Below, piece after piece: positions 36,736 through 49,402 of a stretch of DNA of 64,000 bases. The notes below the pieces were generated by a model that was given only the letters and a program-made list of their open reading frames with translations, was not told the DNA's origin and ran no database searches. Position 1 is the stretch's first letter, and the number at the start of each line of letters is the position of its first letter. This stretch comes from Fimicolochytrium jonesii (lineage: Eukaryota), in assembly GCF_025526975.1 (NCBI RefSeq), contig NW_026515676.1, forward strand, positions 62,001-126,000, read 5' to 3'. A program made the position numbers and the translations under genes.

Positions 36736-39700
36736 TCAACCGCTCAGAACAACCCTAACGTACTCCTTTTCTTTGCCGTTGAGGTACTGCTCACAGAGCG
36801 CAGAAAAGGAGTTCATATCAGTTTGCGCACAAGTCCGCAGGAATTCCGTTAGGTACGCCTAGATGGGATTTCATGTCAGTCTGGCGAATCAAGTGATGCT
36901 GCCACAAGATAGGACATATCGCACCTTTAGATCGATCTTGTAGACGGGGTCATTTGACGCTTCAGCGTTGTCTTTGCCCAGGTTTTCTAACTCATCAGCG
37001 CCTAAATCGCCCATCATCCCTATGAAAGCAAAGACTATCAGCACTCAAACCACTCGACAACTGATCTCCCGATGTTCCTCACCTTTCATTACAGGATCGG
37101 CGCCAATGAAATCGTCCTCCCATTCTTCACTCTGTCAAAGTTACATGCCCCTGTCAGACAGCTATCAGACAACCTAAGTTGGGAGACCCTGGACGCACCT
37201 CATCCTCATCGTCCCAACTGCCTTCCTCGTCGCCATCATCTTCATCTCGGTAGTTCCCTCTTGTGGAAAGCTTGCCCATTTGACTGTCCGATTGATGTTG
37301 GAGTTCCACAAGGATCAGCTTGATCGCCTTCGCCGGAAAGGGGATAATGGAGAACTGTTGTGGCTCTGTTTGGGAAACAGCTGAGTATGAACAAGTGGAT
37401 GTGCTTTGCAACGATTTCAAGAACTCATGAAAGACCCACTTTTCTGACTCATGGACCGAGTGACAATTTCTGAGCAAATTCCTTGTAAGTATTCGTCAGT
37501 GACTTTACGCAGCCACCATGCAACTCACTATTAGAAGTGACGATTTCGTCTCCTTTGACCATTATGTTGTTCAAACGTGGATCCCGCGTCTCAAACACTT
37601 TTGTGAGACCAATCGCGCTGTGAATCGACAGATCAGGCCGACGTTAGCTCCAAAAGTCTATACTGACACAAACGCGAAAAGGGATAAATACCTCAATTTG
37701 ATGGTGAGGAAACCTTGGAAGTCGGTGAATTGTTCTGCCCACGCCGTCAGAACGATTTCCAGCCCGCTCTTCCCAGAGACATTCACAGAAGACAGAAAAT
37801 CCAGCGTGCCCGCCGTTTGCTGAATAAATAGGTTGGCGAACACGAGAACCAGTTGCTGCCGGTTTTTTCGATAGTTAGCATTGGTATTTTGAGATTTTCC
37901 GAAATATCTGTACCTGAATGAACGACGGTGTCTTTGACACAGCCAGCTTTTGCAAGACAGCGTCCAGGATTTGTGGCAGAACCGGCATAATATCATTTCC
38001 AGCCTACCACCAATCAGACCTTGTGAGTAGATTGCGAATGGAATTTCGCAGTGGTGCCTGACATACCTTCTGAATGAGTGCATTTATTAGGTCGCCGACA
38101 AAGATTCCAGCGCTCTCGCTATGATTGGGGCGGCATAGTTTGGCAATAAACGCAACAATAAGATCAAGCCCCGAATGTCCCTCATGAGACCATTTGGCGA
38201 TTCCCGCAAAGTCCCTTTGTACGAGTGCCCGGATCGTATCCTGGCCATTCTGCAGTATCGCGGCCTGGTCTTCCGTCACAGTGTGTAGCAGCATGATCAC
38301 TTGCGGGAAGACCGACGACCTGTACTCTGGCGCGAACGGTTCCGGGGCGTTCTTGATCAGGTCGGTCATCAATGAGAGCGCCGTCTTATTAAGGAAGAGT
38401 TTTCCATTAGTTATACAAACCAAGGATGTCAGATGACGACTCTCTACATACCGCCACGGCTGACGGCATATTGTGCACATTTTCCGCCTGCAGCACATCC
38501 CGTAAAGCTGGGATCATCCGCTCTTGGAGGCGAGGCGCAATCATTTCGTTGGAAGCCAATATCGAGAACAGATCGACCACAACTTCCGACAGGTGGTAAT
38601 CTAAGCATATCAACGGTCAATTGCTGCGACAACGCGAAGCGATCTGCTTCATACGAATCGGCATACCTTCAGCATTTCGGTTCCAGACGTGCAGGACCAT
38701 TGTCGTGAGAGGGTCAACGTATTGCGCCGTGATCTCCTTGTTGACTTGGATGACCATCTCCAAGGTCTCGAGGAGAAGGGCAAGCACTTCGTCACTAGCA
38801 GCTTCCGTAAGACCCACGATGCCTTGAATCATAGCCGCTTGGAAGGGTATCAGGCTCTGTGGTCCAAGAGTTCCACAGAAGCTAAAATGATGTTGGTTAG
38901 AGGTTTCATAGATACCTTGGGAACACGTAATAATTGACACACTTTTGGAGAGCCTTCACGGCCGAGATCTTGACGGCAGGATTCGTAACGTTCGGGCCCA
39001 ATGCCTCCACCGCTGCTGTCATGTACTGTGTCACAGTCTCATCAGATAATATCTCAGCAAATCGGCTGGACAGCCATAGCGATCGACCCTGCAAGAATGG
39101 GCATTCTGGTAGCCAGTCGTCAGCCAGATACGATTTTCAGGCCTGGAGGTAATTCGAGATACGCACCGTTGCACCGCATGTCGGCAAGGACAACATGGTT
39201 GAAGAAACCTTCCATGTCGAAGACAAAGCTCTGTTGTTGCAGCCCATCGATGAAAATGTCGCTGACCCTGCCGACCGATAGCAGACATGCCTCGTGAACT
39301 TTCCACCTTCAAAGATAACAGACGATTAGCTCGGCTTGATTGAGGCGTATGCCCCGAGGCAATCGTGGAAACATACCAATTCACATCGCCGGCTGCGCGG
39401 GCCTGAGTCGACTCTTGTAATTTTGCTTGAACCACGTGCGAAATGGCCTGAAGGGTCTCTTGCGAGTAGAACTCGGCCAAAGACTATGAGAGAATGCAGT
39501 AATGAGACGCTTGAAGATATCTCTCGACGGCGGCGAACTGAGCACATACCATCAACAGCTCCTCTGCAGCGATTCTGATATTGAAAGTCAGCGCCTCATC
39601 GCTGTCATCCTGGATATACTGATTCATGTCGTTGACCCATGTGTCTTGCTGCAATCATGCGAGATACCAGACGTGAGTTTCGGTGTGAATTTAATTGCTC

Positions 39701-41169
39701 GAGTGCAGATGCACCAACCAGCTCAGCAGTGATCTGCAGATACGTCAAGCAGACGCCAACCAACTGCGGTAGTAGCTGCCCAGCCTCTCGCGCCCCGCTC
39801 ACGCCGGAAGAGAAGAAATGCCGCAGATGGCGCTTCTTTGCAACAATCTGCATGAACTCTAGCAGCGAGTACAGTAAACTCTCGAATCCCAAGATCTCGC
39901 CATCGCTATCCACATCCTCTGTTTCGATGACATCGTCGTCCGGGTTGACTCGCTCCCGCACGTATTGGGGTTGTAGGGCCACGAGATGATTCCAGATGGG
40001 TTCCAAGAACTCCGTGATGTATGTCGCCATGAGCTTGGGGAACTGCTTCAACAGCTTACATAATGTCTGGAGCGGTATGTCAGACTTTCAACTGCATATG
40101 CTCGGACCACAACGAGAATAGTTACCCGAAGGATCTCATGTTTGACGGGAACGGTCTCCGCGGGCGTTTCCACAAAAGACAAGATCTCCTTGAAAGTTGC
40201 CATCCACCGCGGTATAACGGGATCCAGATATAATGATATGACATTCGGATGCTCTTCGGACACGGTATAGATCATCGCGCTGAAATCCCGGAATACTGCC
40301 AACGCCCGCGATCTATCCCGAGGATGCGTCTGCATCGGACGCAGAATGTTGTCAGTACACCCACCGTGGATTCTCGGCCACGCCTCGTCAGACATCACAT
40401 ACGTTGACGTCCGCAAAGATCCTGTGAAGCTCGGGCAGAAGTGCAGGCGCGATGTACGGGAAGTGTGTATCCGTCAAGTCATCTCGGACGAACTCGGCCA
40501 ACACGCGCATGGCACCGTGAACCTGATCGCCATCGCCGCTTCGAAGCGCGGGGATGATGTAGTCGAACAGATTGGGCCAGGCTTCCGGGAAGTCGAAATG
40601 CGCAATCTGCGCTACTACGTATGCCTGCAGGTCGAAGAGCGACGTCGGTCAGAAAGATGCACTTCCTCGAAGTATGCGTGAATGTGTGCTCCTTACGCTA
40701 ATGACACGTATCTGCTTGGTGGGGTCCGCAATGCCCCTGATCATCAGATTCCTAACACTGGATTTGACCTGGAGTGACCATGCATGAATATGCAAAGTCC
40801 CATAGCAAGCTTTCGCTGTCAGCTGAGCCCACCTCTTCGGGAATGTCTCTCGTGGTCACTCCCAGGATCCCCTGCTCCACTTTGCCGGTCCACCTATCGC
40901 CAACATACTTCCTCAACGTCACAGCTGATAGCTGCCTTTCAGCAAAGGGGTACGTTTGAGTGACCACGATGCTCGCCAAGCACTTGGGATAGTCTGAGGT
41001 GCAGGGAACTTGAGTGATCTAGGGGAGTCCCAAGTCATAATGCCGTAGCAGCGGGCTTCCTACCGGGGTGCTGAGAAGCCAGACCCTCCAGCTGCTGCTC
41101 TGCCAGTTTCCGAATGTGGGAGTCCTGGGAGAGACACCCACTCAGTGTGCTCAGAACCGTTTGTTCCAT
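36736..41169 (-). CDS. IPO9: Importin-9 / Kap114-like karyopherin-beta, many exons
   Basis: IBN_N segment (IRKLAEQQL, ERQLSAVTLRKYV..RW), AHFDFPEAWP, DSDGEILGFESL, LLLETL, IPFPAKAIKLIL and an acidic loop near the C-terminus. Confidence 0.88.
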
Positions 41170-41549
41170 TGTGCCGCCTCCTAACATCCCTGTCAATTCG
41201 TGAGCGTTCAAAGTCCTCCGCCAGATAGTAAACCACTTATCAGGTCATACTTGTGTAGGCCAGAAAGAGAAGACCTTCCCTCTCGCTGAAGTCTTTATTG
41301 CAGTCCGTGGATATGTACGTATGTATAGTCTGGCGCTCTCCTTCTGACGGTTCCCACCCGTGCGAATTGTGCACCCTGTCCGAAAGAGCGAAGCGGTGCT
41401 GCCGACCAACGCGTTGACACTCCCTTCTCGCCTTCCTCGCCATTCAGTTCGCAACTCGACAAACTACGGACCTTCTTGACGATACAGATACAGTATCCAG
41501 GGCGGATGAGCCTTCATATTCAGTCGCAAGCCAGTTTTTCTTCTCCGGA

Positions 41550-42107
41550 ATGTTGGCCAATCACGCCTCCTTGCTAAGGCAAGGTTCCTACCGCCGTCTC
41601 CTGTCCAAACCCCAGTTCCGCACAACCCACCTCCGTCTCTCGTCCACCCAACCACCAGCAGCATCCTCCAGCAGCAGCGCCACCGCTGCTGCATCCCCCG
41701 CCCGCGGCTGGCGCAAATACGCCCATCAATTCCGCAACCACCCGGCATCTCATTTGGTCTCCTTCGCCCTCCTGCACGAACTAACCGCAGTCATCCCACT
41801 GCCCTTGATCTACTTCCTCCTTTCAACCACCGAACTACCGATCCCTTTCCCCGACGATATCCTCGCGGACGGGAACCGACGGATGGGCAAGATGCTAAAG
41901 TATTTTGGGGTCGGGGAAGGGATCAGGGAGGACAGCAAGGCGATGCTGTATATGGCGACGAGTTACGCGGTGGTCAAGGCTGCGATGCCGTTGAGGATTG
42001 GGCTGTGTTTTGTCTTGACGCCGTGGTTTGCGAGGGTTGCTGTGGTACCGGTGCAGAATGGGGTGAGGAGATTCGCGGGGTTGTTTGGACGGTCAAAGAG
42101 TTCTTAG
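41550..42107 (+). CDS. MRX11: Mrx11/FLILHELTA-family mitochondrial membrane protein, intronless
   Basis: Presequence-like N-terminus, PASHLVSFALLHELTAVIPL and YAVVKAAMPLRI...TPWFAR. Confidence 0.85.
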   Translation: MLANHASLLRQGSYRRLLSKPQFRTTHLRLSSTQPPAASSSSSATAAASPARGWRKYAHQFRNHPASHLVSFALLHELTAVIPLPLIYFLLSTTELPIPFPDDILADGNRRMGKMLKYFGVGEGIREDSKAMLYMATSYAVVKAAMPLRIGLCFVLTPWFARVAVVPVQNGVRRFAGLFGRSKSS

Positions 42108-42344
42108 GACGTTATTCTGAGACGGAAGTCGCGAGGCCTGTTCCGGAGCACTCTTTTTTTGGTCGATGGCGAGGATAATCCGCCGATACCAAGACACGCG
42201 GGGAAATAAGCGGGAAATGTAGATATGATTTGTACAAGAAGAGCACTAGTAAAGACTAGAATTACAGATGCTAGAGACCCTCATAAACCGTAATGCCTGG
42301 GACGAATCCCATACCCTTCTACACGTAGCGAAACGCTTCTAAAT

Positions 42345-43059
42345 CTAATCATCCAACCTACGCTTAGCTTTGTGCGCCTGCGCTCTCACATCCTCTTTGA
42401 CTTTCTGTGCCGCGGTCTTATAACCGCCCTTAGTGCCCAGATTGAAGCCCATGCTCCTTAACTTCTTTGCCACAGTGGGCACTATGGCCGCAGTGATGCC
42501 CAACTTGATGGGCAGAAACATTTTCGTCATCGCCATTGCCAACAGTATGTTGGTCAACATGGCGTGAGTGGCTGGGTTCTTCAGCCACTCGGGCATGTGC
42601 CGTTCCCACCACGTCGGTTCCTTCGCTGTTTCGTCGTTCAACGCATCTGCCGCGCGAAGCTCGGGTTCTGGGTCGGCCGGGTGGAAGCCCAGGAACTCCT
42701 TGATCTTCCTGAACGCGGTCTTGATCTGTTTCTGGTCGATTCCCAGTACCATGATGGAGGTGAGGCAGGCGCAGAAGGTCATGAAGGACAGGGTGAGATA
42801 GGTGATGGTCGCTATCGGGCCGTATTCGCGGAGGAGGGATTTGAAGTCGCGCTTCGGCGGTTCTTGGGCGCCAGGTGGCGGTGGCGGTGGCGTGTTGAGC
42901 GGTGATTCGGAGGTGGTGGAGGCGAACCGGGTGTTTATGCGGGTTGCTGATGTTGCTGTCGATGGGGAACGTAAGGAATTGCTTCGGGCAAACGAGTGGA
43001 ATCCCGATTGTTGTTGTCGCTGGCCGGCGGCGTTCGGTTGCCATGCATCCCGGAAATCA
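42345..43059 (-). CDS. FAM210/DUF1279 membrane domain; apparently the last exon of the 42345-44594 fusion gene
   Basis: FKSLLREYGPIATITYLTLS...LLAMAMTKMFLPIKLGITAAIVPTVAKKL. There is no in-frame ATG upstream of the domain within the exon, and a CAG acceptor lies at 43060-43062. Confidence 0.78.
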
Positions 43060-43132
43060 CTGAGATGGAGAATGGTTGGCGTCTGTCCACTGCATTGCTT
43101 GACTGAGAAACGAAGGTCACTGATTCACTCAC

Positions 43133-44594
43133 CTCATACTGGGAAACTTCCGAGGTACAGCTGTAGGGATCATCAATCGCACGCCATGGAGATCTCGCGT
43201 TGCCTTCAACTGGCAGGCGAGGCGAGATCTACAGAACGATTTGGTTGTGAGAACCGGTCCGCGGTACTTGTCCCCACCAGCGTAGCATGCTTACCCATCC
43301 GTCCGACCAACAGCATACTCTAGCATGTCTTCCTCCTCCTCTGTCACGGGTGGAAGCTTGTTTTGGTAAGCCGGGTCCACTATAGGTAGCGCAACTCGAT
43401 CAGTCTTATGTCCGGAAGACAGTGGACGTTCACAGATGCATACCAATAACATGGCAGGTCGCACACTCCAAGTTGCCTCCGCATGTGCCTTCAAGGGACG
43501 GTAGGTCGTTGTCCCTGCCAATTTCCATCAATCTCGCTCCAACTGGCACCTCGAAAGTCTCCGTAGCATTGTCCGGTAGGATATACGTCAGAGAGATCGT
43601 TTCCTGGCTTGCCGCAGGGTTCGGCTGAGACTCGGCTCCCGCGCTCGACTTCGAAATCTCCGTTCTGTATATGCCCTCCTGCTCTTCTTTGGTCAAGCCC
43701 AATCGTCCCCTCCACTTGTCCCAGAGTACTTTGTTCTCCAACGCTGAGTCCAGCAACTTCCCTGCGTCTTCCTTTTCGAGAAGGCCGTACCAATTTCCGG
43801 CGGGGTAAACCACGGCGTTCCCTGCGTGTTTGTGGCCACCGATATGTGACACACCGTAGACCTTAACGGTGTCGGAGAGACCCCTCTTTGCCACTTCCTT
43901 CTTCAAGCTGTCATACAGTGGTAATCCCTTATCTCCGCACCGACAGTCTCGTGCACCATGGATGCAAACCAATATATGAAGTTTGTGGGGATCCTTCTCG
44001 AAGGCGATGCTGCTCTTCGAGCCTGCGGGCTCGGAGAAGAGCTTAGCGACTTTGGGGAAATCCGACACGGATACTGACGGAATGCGAATGCCGTCCGGTA
44101 GGATCAGAAGAGACCGGGAGCTGTCGTCCGATACCGGGTCAACATCAGGGGAAACGATACTACTCGCCCCATAGTCTGTCAAAGCTGATTGTAGAGCTGC
44201 GTAGTATTCATCCTGTTCGTTGATCTTCGATATCCAAGGGTTCGCACCTGCGCCAGAACGATATAAGCAGCCTGAAGAAATAGCACTCGACAGACAACGA
44301 GCACCTACGAGAGTTGACCAGGACGTGGCGCTTGTATTTGCCGACGGTGGCGACGTGCGGTGGCAAGTCGCTTGCACTATCCTCCTCATCTTTTCGTTCC
44401 TTCTTATCCTTCTTGCTGCCAAGAGAGGGTCGAGTAGTCGAAAAAGCAGCCACGGTTTCGTTTCTCGCATTGGCCCTCACAAGTGCGGCAGAACCGCGCG
44501 GGAATGCTCGTATCGTGAGAGAAGGTGAGACTGACGCCAGCCGAGACGCCCTGAGGGCGGACCTCGGGAGTGTTGTTCTTAAAGCGCTCAACAT
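43133..44594 (-). CDS. Mitochondrial Aim32/Apd1 (sucrase-ferredoxin-like 2Fe-2S) domain fused to an adrenodoxin-type 2Fe-2S ferredoxin
   Basis: Presequence MLSALRTTLPRS..., then RHVLV, LVCIHGARDCRCG, SHIGGHKHAGN..VYP.G.WYG and WRGRLGL. These are followed by EGTCGGNLECATCHV...EEEDML...SRLACQL. Introns are 44248-44308, 43380-43443 and 43229-43294. Confidence 0.88.
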
Positions 44595-44667
44595 TGTGGG
44601 TTGACGGAATACCTTGCTGTCAAGGAGCGGCCTTCGGTGGGAGGAAAAGCGTCGGAGTGATGGTTTT

Positions 44668-47600
44668 ATGGACCTTCGCGCTGGAAACTGTGGTAAGTAA
44701 GACCAGCGGGCTATGAGGTTGTCTGCAGCTCTATCTATCCCCTCACAGTCTCGAGCCCCCTCGCTGGCAAGCTGTTGTGGTTCAAGTTAGTTCCTGCGAG
44801 GTCTGTGGGGCTGACCAATGGCGTCGGAGAGGTCGGAGCGGAGAGGCCAGGGGCGCTAGCAACGGAATTCCTTCATTTCGTGGTGATTTCGTGGACAGCG
44901 CCAACCAGTGGCAGAGGAACGCGTTGTTGCGAGCTGAGGTCATGGATATCCCCATTCTTCTTTACCTTACATTCGACTTGCTGGACTGCGGATGCACTGT
45001 GAAACGATGCTAGGTTCTTCGCTGGGCATCTTCTCAAGGGTTCAAATGTCCTTCGTATTAGGTTTGCTGCAGGAAGGGAGCTCTGGACATTCAACCGCGA
45101 AAGGATCCAGCAAGTAGGGCCCTGCTTATGACTCTCCTTCGATTCGACCCGGAAGCAGATTGTCTGAGCAGGCTGGTGTCCGATACAACTCCTGCGATTG
45201 CCAATAAAGCAGAGATTGATGGTCCGTTTGTCCTTCGTCAAGCTTTCTCTCAGAGTCGTTTTGCCACCGTGAATTCGACACCGCGTCTTTTGAATTGACG
45301 GTATCGGACATGGCCCAATCATTTGCGAACGGAGATGCAGCGCACTAACTTGTTGGGTAGCATAGCTCCCTGAGCTTGTGGCTATTATCTCTATACTGTC
45401 TAAAATCTAGCTGAACTCCTGTCGGCGCGAGGTCTGGGTTCTTGTAGTGTCAACTGGGCCGGACCCTTTTCGAGGCGAAGGTTCACTTTCATCCAGCAAA
45501 CGACAAATCCGGCCAGCCACACATCATTTCCGTCGCAGCCAGCAACATGTCTCCAACCGCAAAGAACCATGTACATCAACATGAGCTCTTACTGGCCGAG
45601 GATGATCCATACCTGGCCAACTCTATGCGGCCAGGGGAGTTGACACAAAAGCGGCGCGGGAAGTATGTCGAAATCCCGCAGGTGCTGGATGGCTTCTTCA
45701 TGGTATGCCCGCGTGTTGACTGCTTTCGTCGACATATATAGCGTCCCAGTAGGCTACCCATACCACTTCTGAAGCTAAAGTGCCTACTCGCTCTCTATTA
45801 GCTAAATAAAGCACCAGCAGAAGATCCCGACAACGTCTACTACCTCGACTTGACGGGGGAAAACCTACGGCATGTCATTGAAGATGACCTCACATTGTTC
45901 GCCAATCTGGAGATTCTGCATTGCGGTGAGAACAACTTGCCGCTGGCAAAACTGGGGGTTCTCCCGGGGCTGAGAAGGCTGGTGATGCCTTGCAACGATG
46001 TGACGGATCTGGATTTGGAGGTTGAAGGGAGATTTCTGGGGCTTGAGGTTCGTAAGGTCGTCTCGTATGCGGGATCGTTTCCGTATGGTGGGGAAGAACC
46101 ACAGCCCTGTAAGGCCCAATCTATCCTGATATACTCCTGAATTACCGAAGTAGGAATTGGACCTCTCCTACAACCGATTAACACCCGCCGGTATCACGGT
46201 CTTGGCCTCGCTTCCCTCTCTCCGTCGTCTCGACCTCTCCACCAACGGGCTCACATCATTACCAACAACGCTGATGGACATGACTAATTGGCGGGAACGT
46301 GTGATCGAGAGTCTTTTGCCGGAGGAAGATTTGCAGGCTTTGGAGGGGTGGTTGAAGGCTGAACTGCCGGCGCATGGTGACGGGAAGGAGGCGAAGGGTG
46401 GAAAGGAGATGAATGGGAAGGAGAAGAAAGTGTCTAAGGCAGAGGACGCAGCGGCGGCATCTTCGCCGTCCGTTATAGCGGAAACGGCGACAAAGTCGAA
46501 TGATGTTCCGGCGACTGAACGACCCGCTGAAACCCCAGCCGACCCAGGCTCCGAAGAAAACGTGGCGGACGGGTCCACCTCAGACCGTCCAACAACAATC
46601 CCGCAAGTTGTACAAGTGGCCAAAGAAATGGCCGTCACGATTGACGAAGACGACGATGATGCATCTATAGCCACCGCCTCTGATGCGGGCGACGCGGAGG
46701 CGCCAGATGCTGCAGATTCAGAGGAAGTAGCGCATAGCGAGGAAGATGTTGAGGAGAGCGCCGTCGACCGGAACGCAGATGTGGCGGACGAGGAGAATAC
46801 AGTGGGAGAGCTGGATGCCAATAGGGCGCAGAATATCTTGAACAGTTCCGGTGGACCGGGTTTCAAACGGCTGGAGCTGCTATCACTCGAGAACAATCGA
46901 ATCAACAGCCCCGAGACCTTTAGAATCTTAGCGGCACTACCGAAGTAAGATCACTCCTGCCAACATGTCTTGCTTCCGTATTATTACCGACTGACCGCGT
47001 ATTGCATCGCACCAGCTTGAAAACGCTGAACTTGTCTCGGAACCACATCACAACGCTAGCTTTCCTCACCCCAGCCAGAACGCAATCCTCATTTCACGCC
47101 GGAGTTCCAGATACCTCAGAGCCAAGATATGATGGATTCTATTCGTTGGTTGAGGTCAATCTATCTTTCAACAATATCGGATCGCCGGAGCAGCTGACGG
47201 GCGTGATATGGCTGCCTGCGTTGAAGAGAGTTTTCTTGGAAGGGAACCCGGTGATGCAGCGGGTGAATCAAAAAGTCACCATCCGGGATGGGGATTCGGA
47301 TACTGGTGAGCTTCCTACTAACACTAAGCGAAGCAGCGTATGCTCGTTCTAACTCTCCGTGTGGCATACCTTTATAGTCCTGGGCTACCTGCATTTCAAC
47401 CCCCTCTTCGAACTGCCTCAAAAGTACTCCATTCAAATCGCCGATGCCGTTTACAACATTCCCACCACCACCATCCCCTGCCTCTCCCCAACCTCCACTC
47501 TCATGCGCCCAATCGACTCGCCGCGCGAGATCACACCAGACCACGACACCGCCCCCCTCGTCCCACGGCACCTCCACCCAGCCCCTCTCACCCGCCCGGC

Positions 47601-48970
47601 ACAATACCACACCACAATCGCATCCTCCCGCTTCCTTTCCCACCTGCACCGCAAAAACGCGCCACCATCCATCTCCGGTCGCAACATCGTAGCCTCGCAC
47701 ACAGTCTCCGACGCTGGCGAAACGAAATGGACGCTCGAAGCCGGCGTGAAGCGCAAAGCACGGCGAGCGTATGATTTCAGCGATGAGGACTTTAGGGAGA
47801 TTGTGCGGCAGGGATTTATTCCGGATGTGGAGGAGTTGGTGAAGATCGGGGAGGAGAGGGAGATGAGGATGGCGTTGATGGAGGCGATGGGGCAGGGAGG
47901 GTTGGATGGCGGCCGTGATAGTGACGGGAAGATGGGGATGGAACTTGGGGGCCTTGAGAGAGGCGAGGACCGAAAGTCGAGGGGGTCTAGTCCAGGATCA
48001 GAGGGGGCTCGGCTGGAAGACGCCGAACCACTCGATGGGGAGGAACCGCTTCAATACGACCCAACAGCGAAAGACGATACGTTCCTCACCCGCGTGCACA
48101 TCACAGGCGGAGGCGGCCTCGGCTCATCCGACGACCACATGTCCTCGCTCAGCTCATCGCAAGCCTCTGGTCTGTCCACGCCGCCGCGGACGCCATCCCC
48201 GTTTTCCACCATCGACGTCAACATCCTCGACGACGACACAGACGCGGACCTGCCGCCGCTGCCGAAAACACTGACGGGTGCGCTGCGGGCTCTCCGCCAC
48301 GCGCTGTCGAATCCAGTCAGCGGGTGGGCGCCGGTGCCGAAGCCGTATGCGCTGCAGACGCTTGCGTCGACGCAGAAGGCTTATCAGCATCAGGTGGTTG
48401 CTGGGGGAAGGGGGAAGGCTGCGTTTGGAGGTAAAGCGCCATTCCGGTTTACGAAAGGCGGAGGTGCGGGTGGGAAGGGTGGAAATACGGCGGTACTGCC
48501 AAGCCTGCCGCCTAGAGGCACGCCAAAGGGTGGTAGGGTGACGACGAAGAATGCCGGGCCGTCCGATGAGTTCACGCCGATGAGAGAGTTGATGCGAGGC
48601 GTAGATGAGAAGATTGAGATTGTGGAAGAAAGTATCGGTGAGTACAAGGCGTTCATATGGCAGTGCACGCCTCAGGAAAATGGAATCAGCGATACTCATT
48701 ACATCCCTACATCTCCATATACAAGCGGCACTCATGAAACCGGCGCCGGCTTTGCGCTTCGCCATCAGAAACGCCAGTTTGATCCCGCCTTCGCAAAAAC
48801 TGCTTCATCAGGTGCAAACCGAGTACGACAGGATCGAGCGGATGTACACGGTCGCAGCGCTCGCGGAACGAAGTGCTGCAGCTCGCAAACCGCAGAACGC
48901 AGGTGCAAGGGCCAGTGCAGCAAAAAATGCCGGGAACACGTCACCGAGTGGTGCGAGTGTGGTGGTGTGA
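44668..48970 (+). CDS. XRRA1: XRRA1-like leucine-rich-repeat protein, multi-exon; 5' exons tentative
   Basis: Putative MDLRAGNC/VPARS (compare recalled NCFPAR of XRRA1), then VLDGFFM, LEILHCGENNLPL, LDLSYNRLT..GI..LASLPSLRRLDLSTNGLTSLP, LSLENNRI, LNLSRNHI, FLEGNP, DDTFLT and ALRALRHAL.NP. Confidence 0.75.
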
Positions 48971-49402
48971 GCGGCATCATGCCCCTTCTCCTGTATATAT
49001 GGCCATCATCACTAGATTGCAGGGCAATAAACGTTGCAGCTTGGGCCCGGAGTTGGTTTAGTTCGTTTTATTGTTTTTTTTTAATGTGCTTTTCAAGTTT
49101 TTCTATACAGGGTTCACACCACAACCACGAGTGATGGGGACCAACCACGTTCAGAGAAGCCATTCCGGCCCTCAGGGCCCCCAGCGAAACAACGACCACG
49201 ATACTTTTCCTCCCTTACATGCGAAGGGGACTTGTTGCCTTCGCGACATCCAAGGTTCTATGAAGGCGGATGGATGACGCGTTCCAAAATGGCACTATAT
49301 ATATGTTGTGGGAGACGAAAGGTTCTTAAGATGTTTCGATTGTTTGTCGATCCATAGGTCGTCAGACAAGCGAGGGTACGACTGCTTGGAAGTCGAACAC
49401 TT

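Noticed and set aside
42430..43044. 204-aa minus-strand ORF (MATERRRP...) as the start of the DUF1279 gene
   Set aside because: It is in a different frame from the DUF1279 domain and looks like a shadow ORF.
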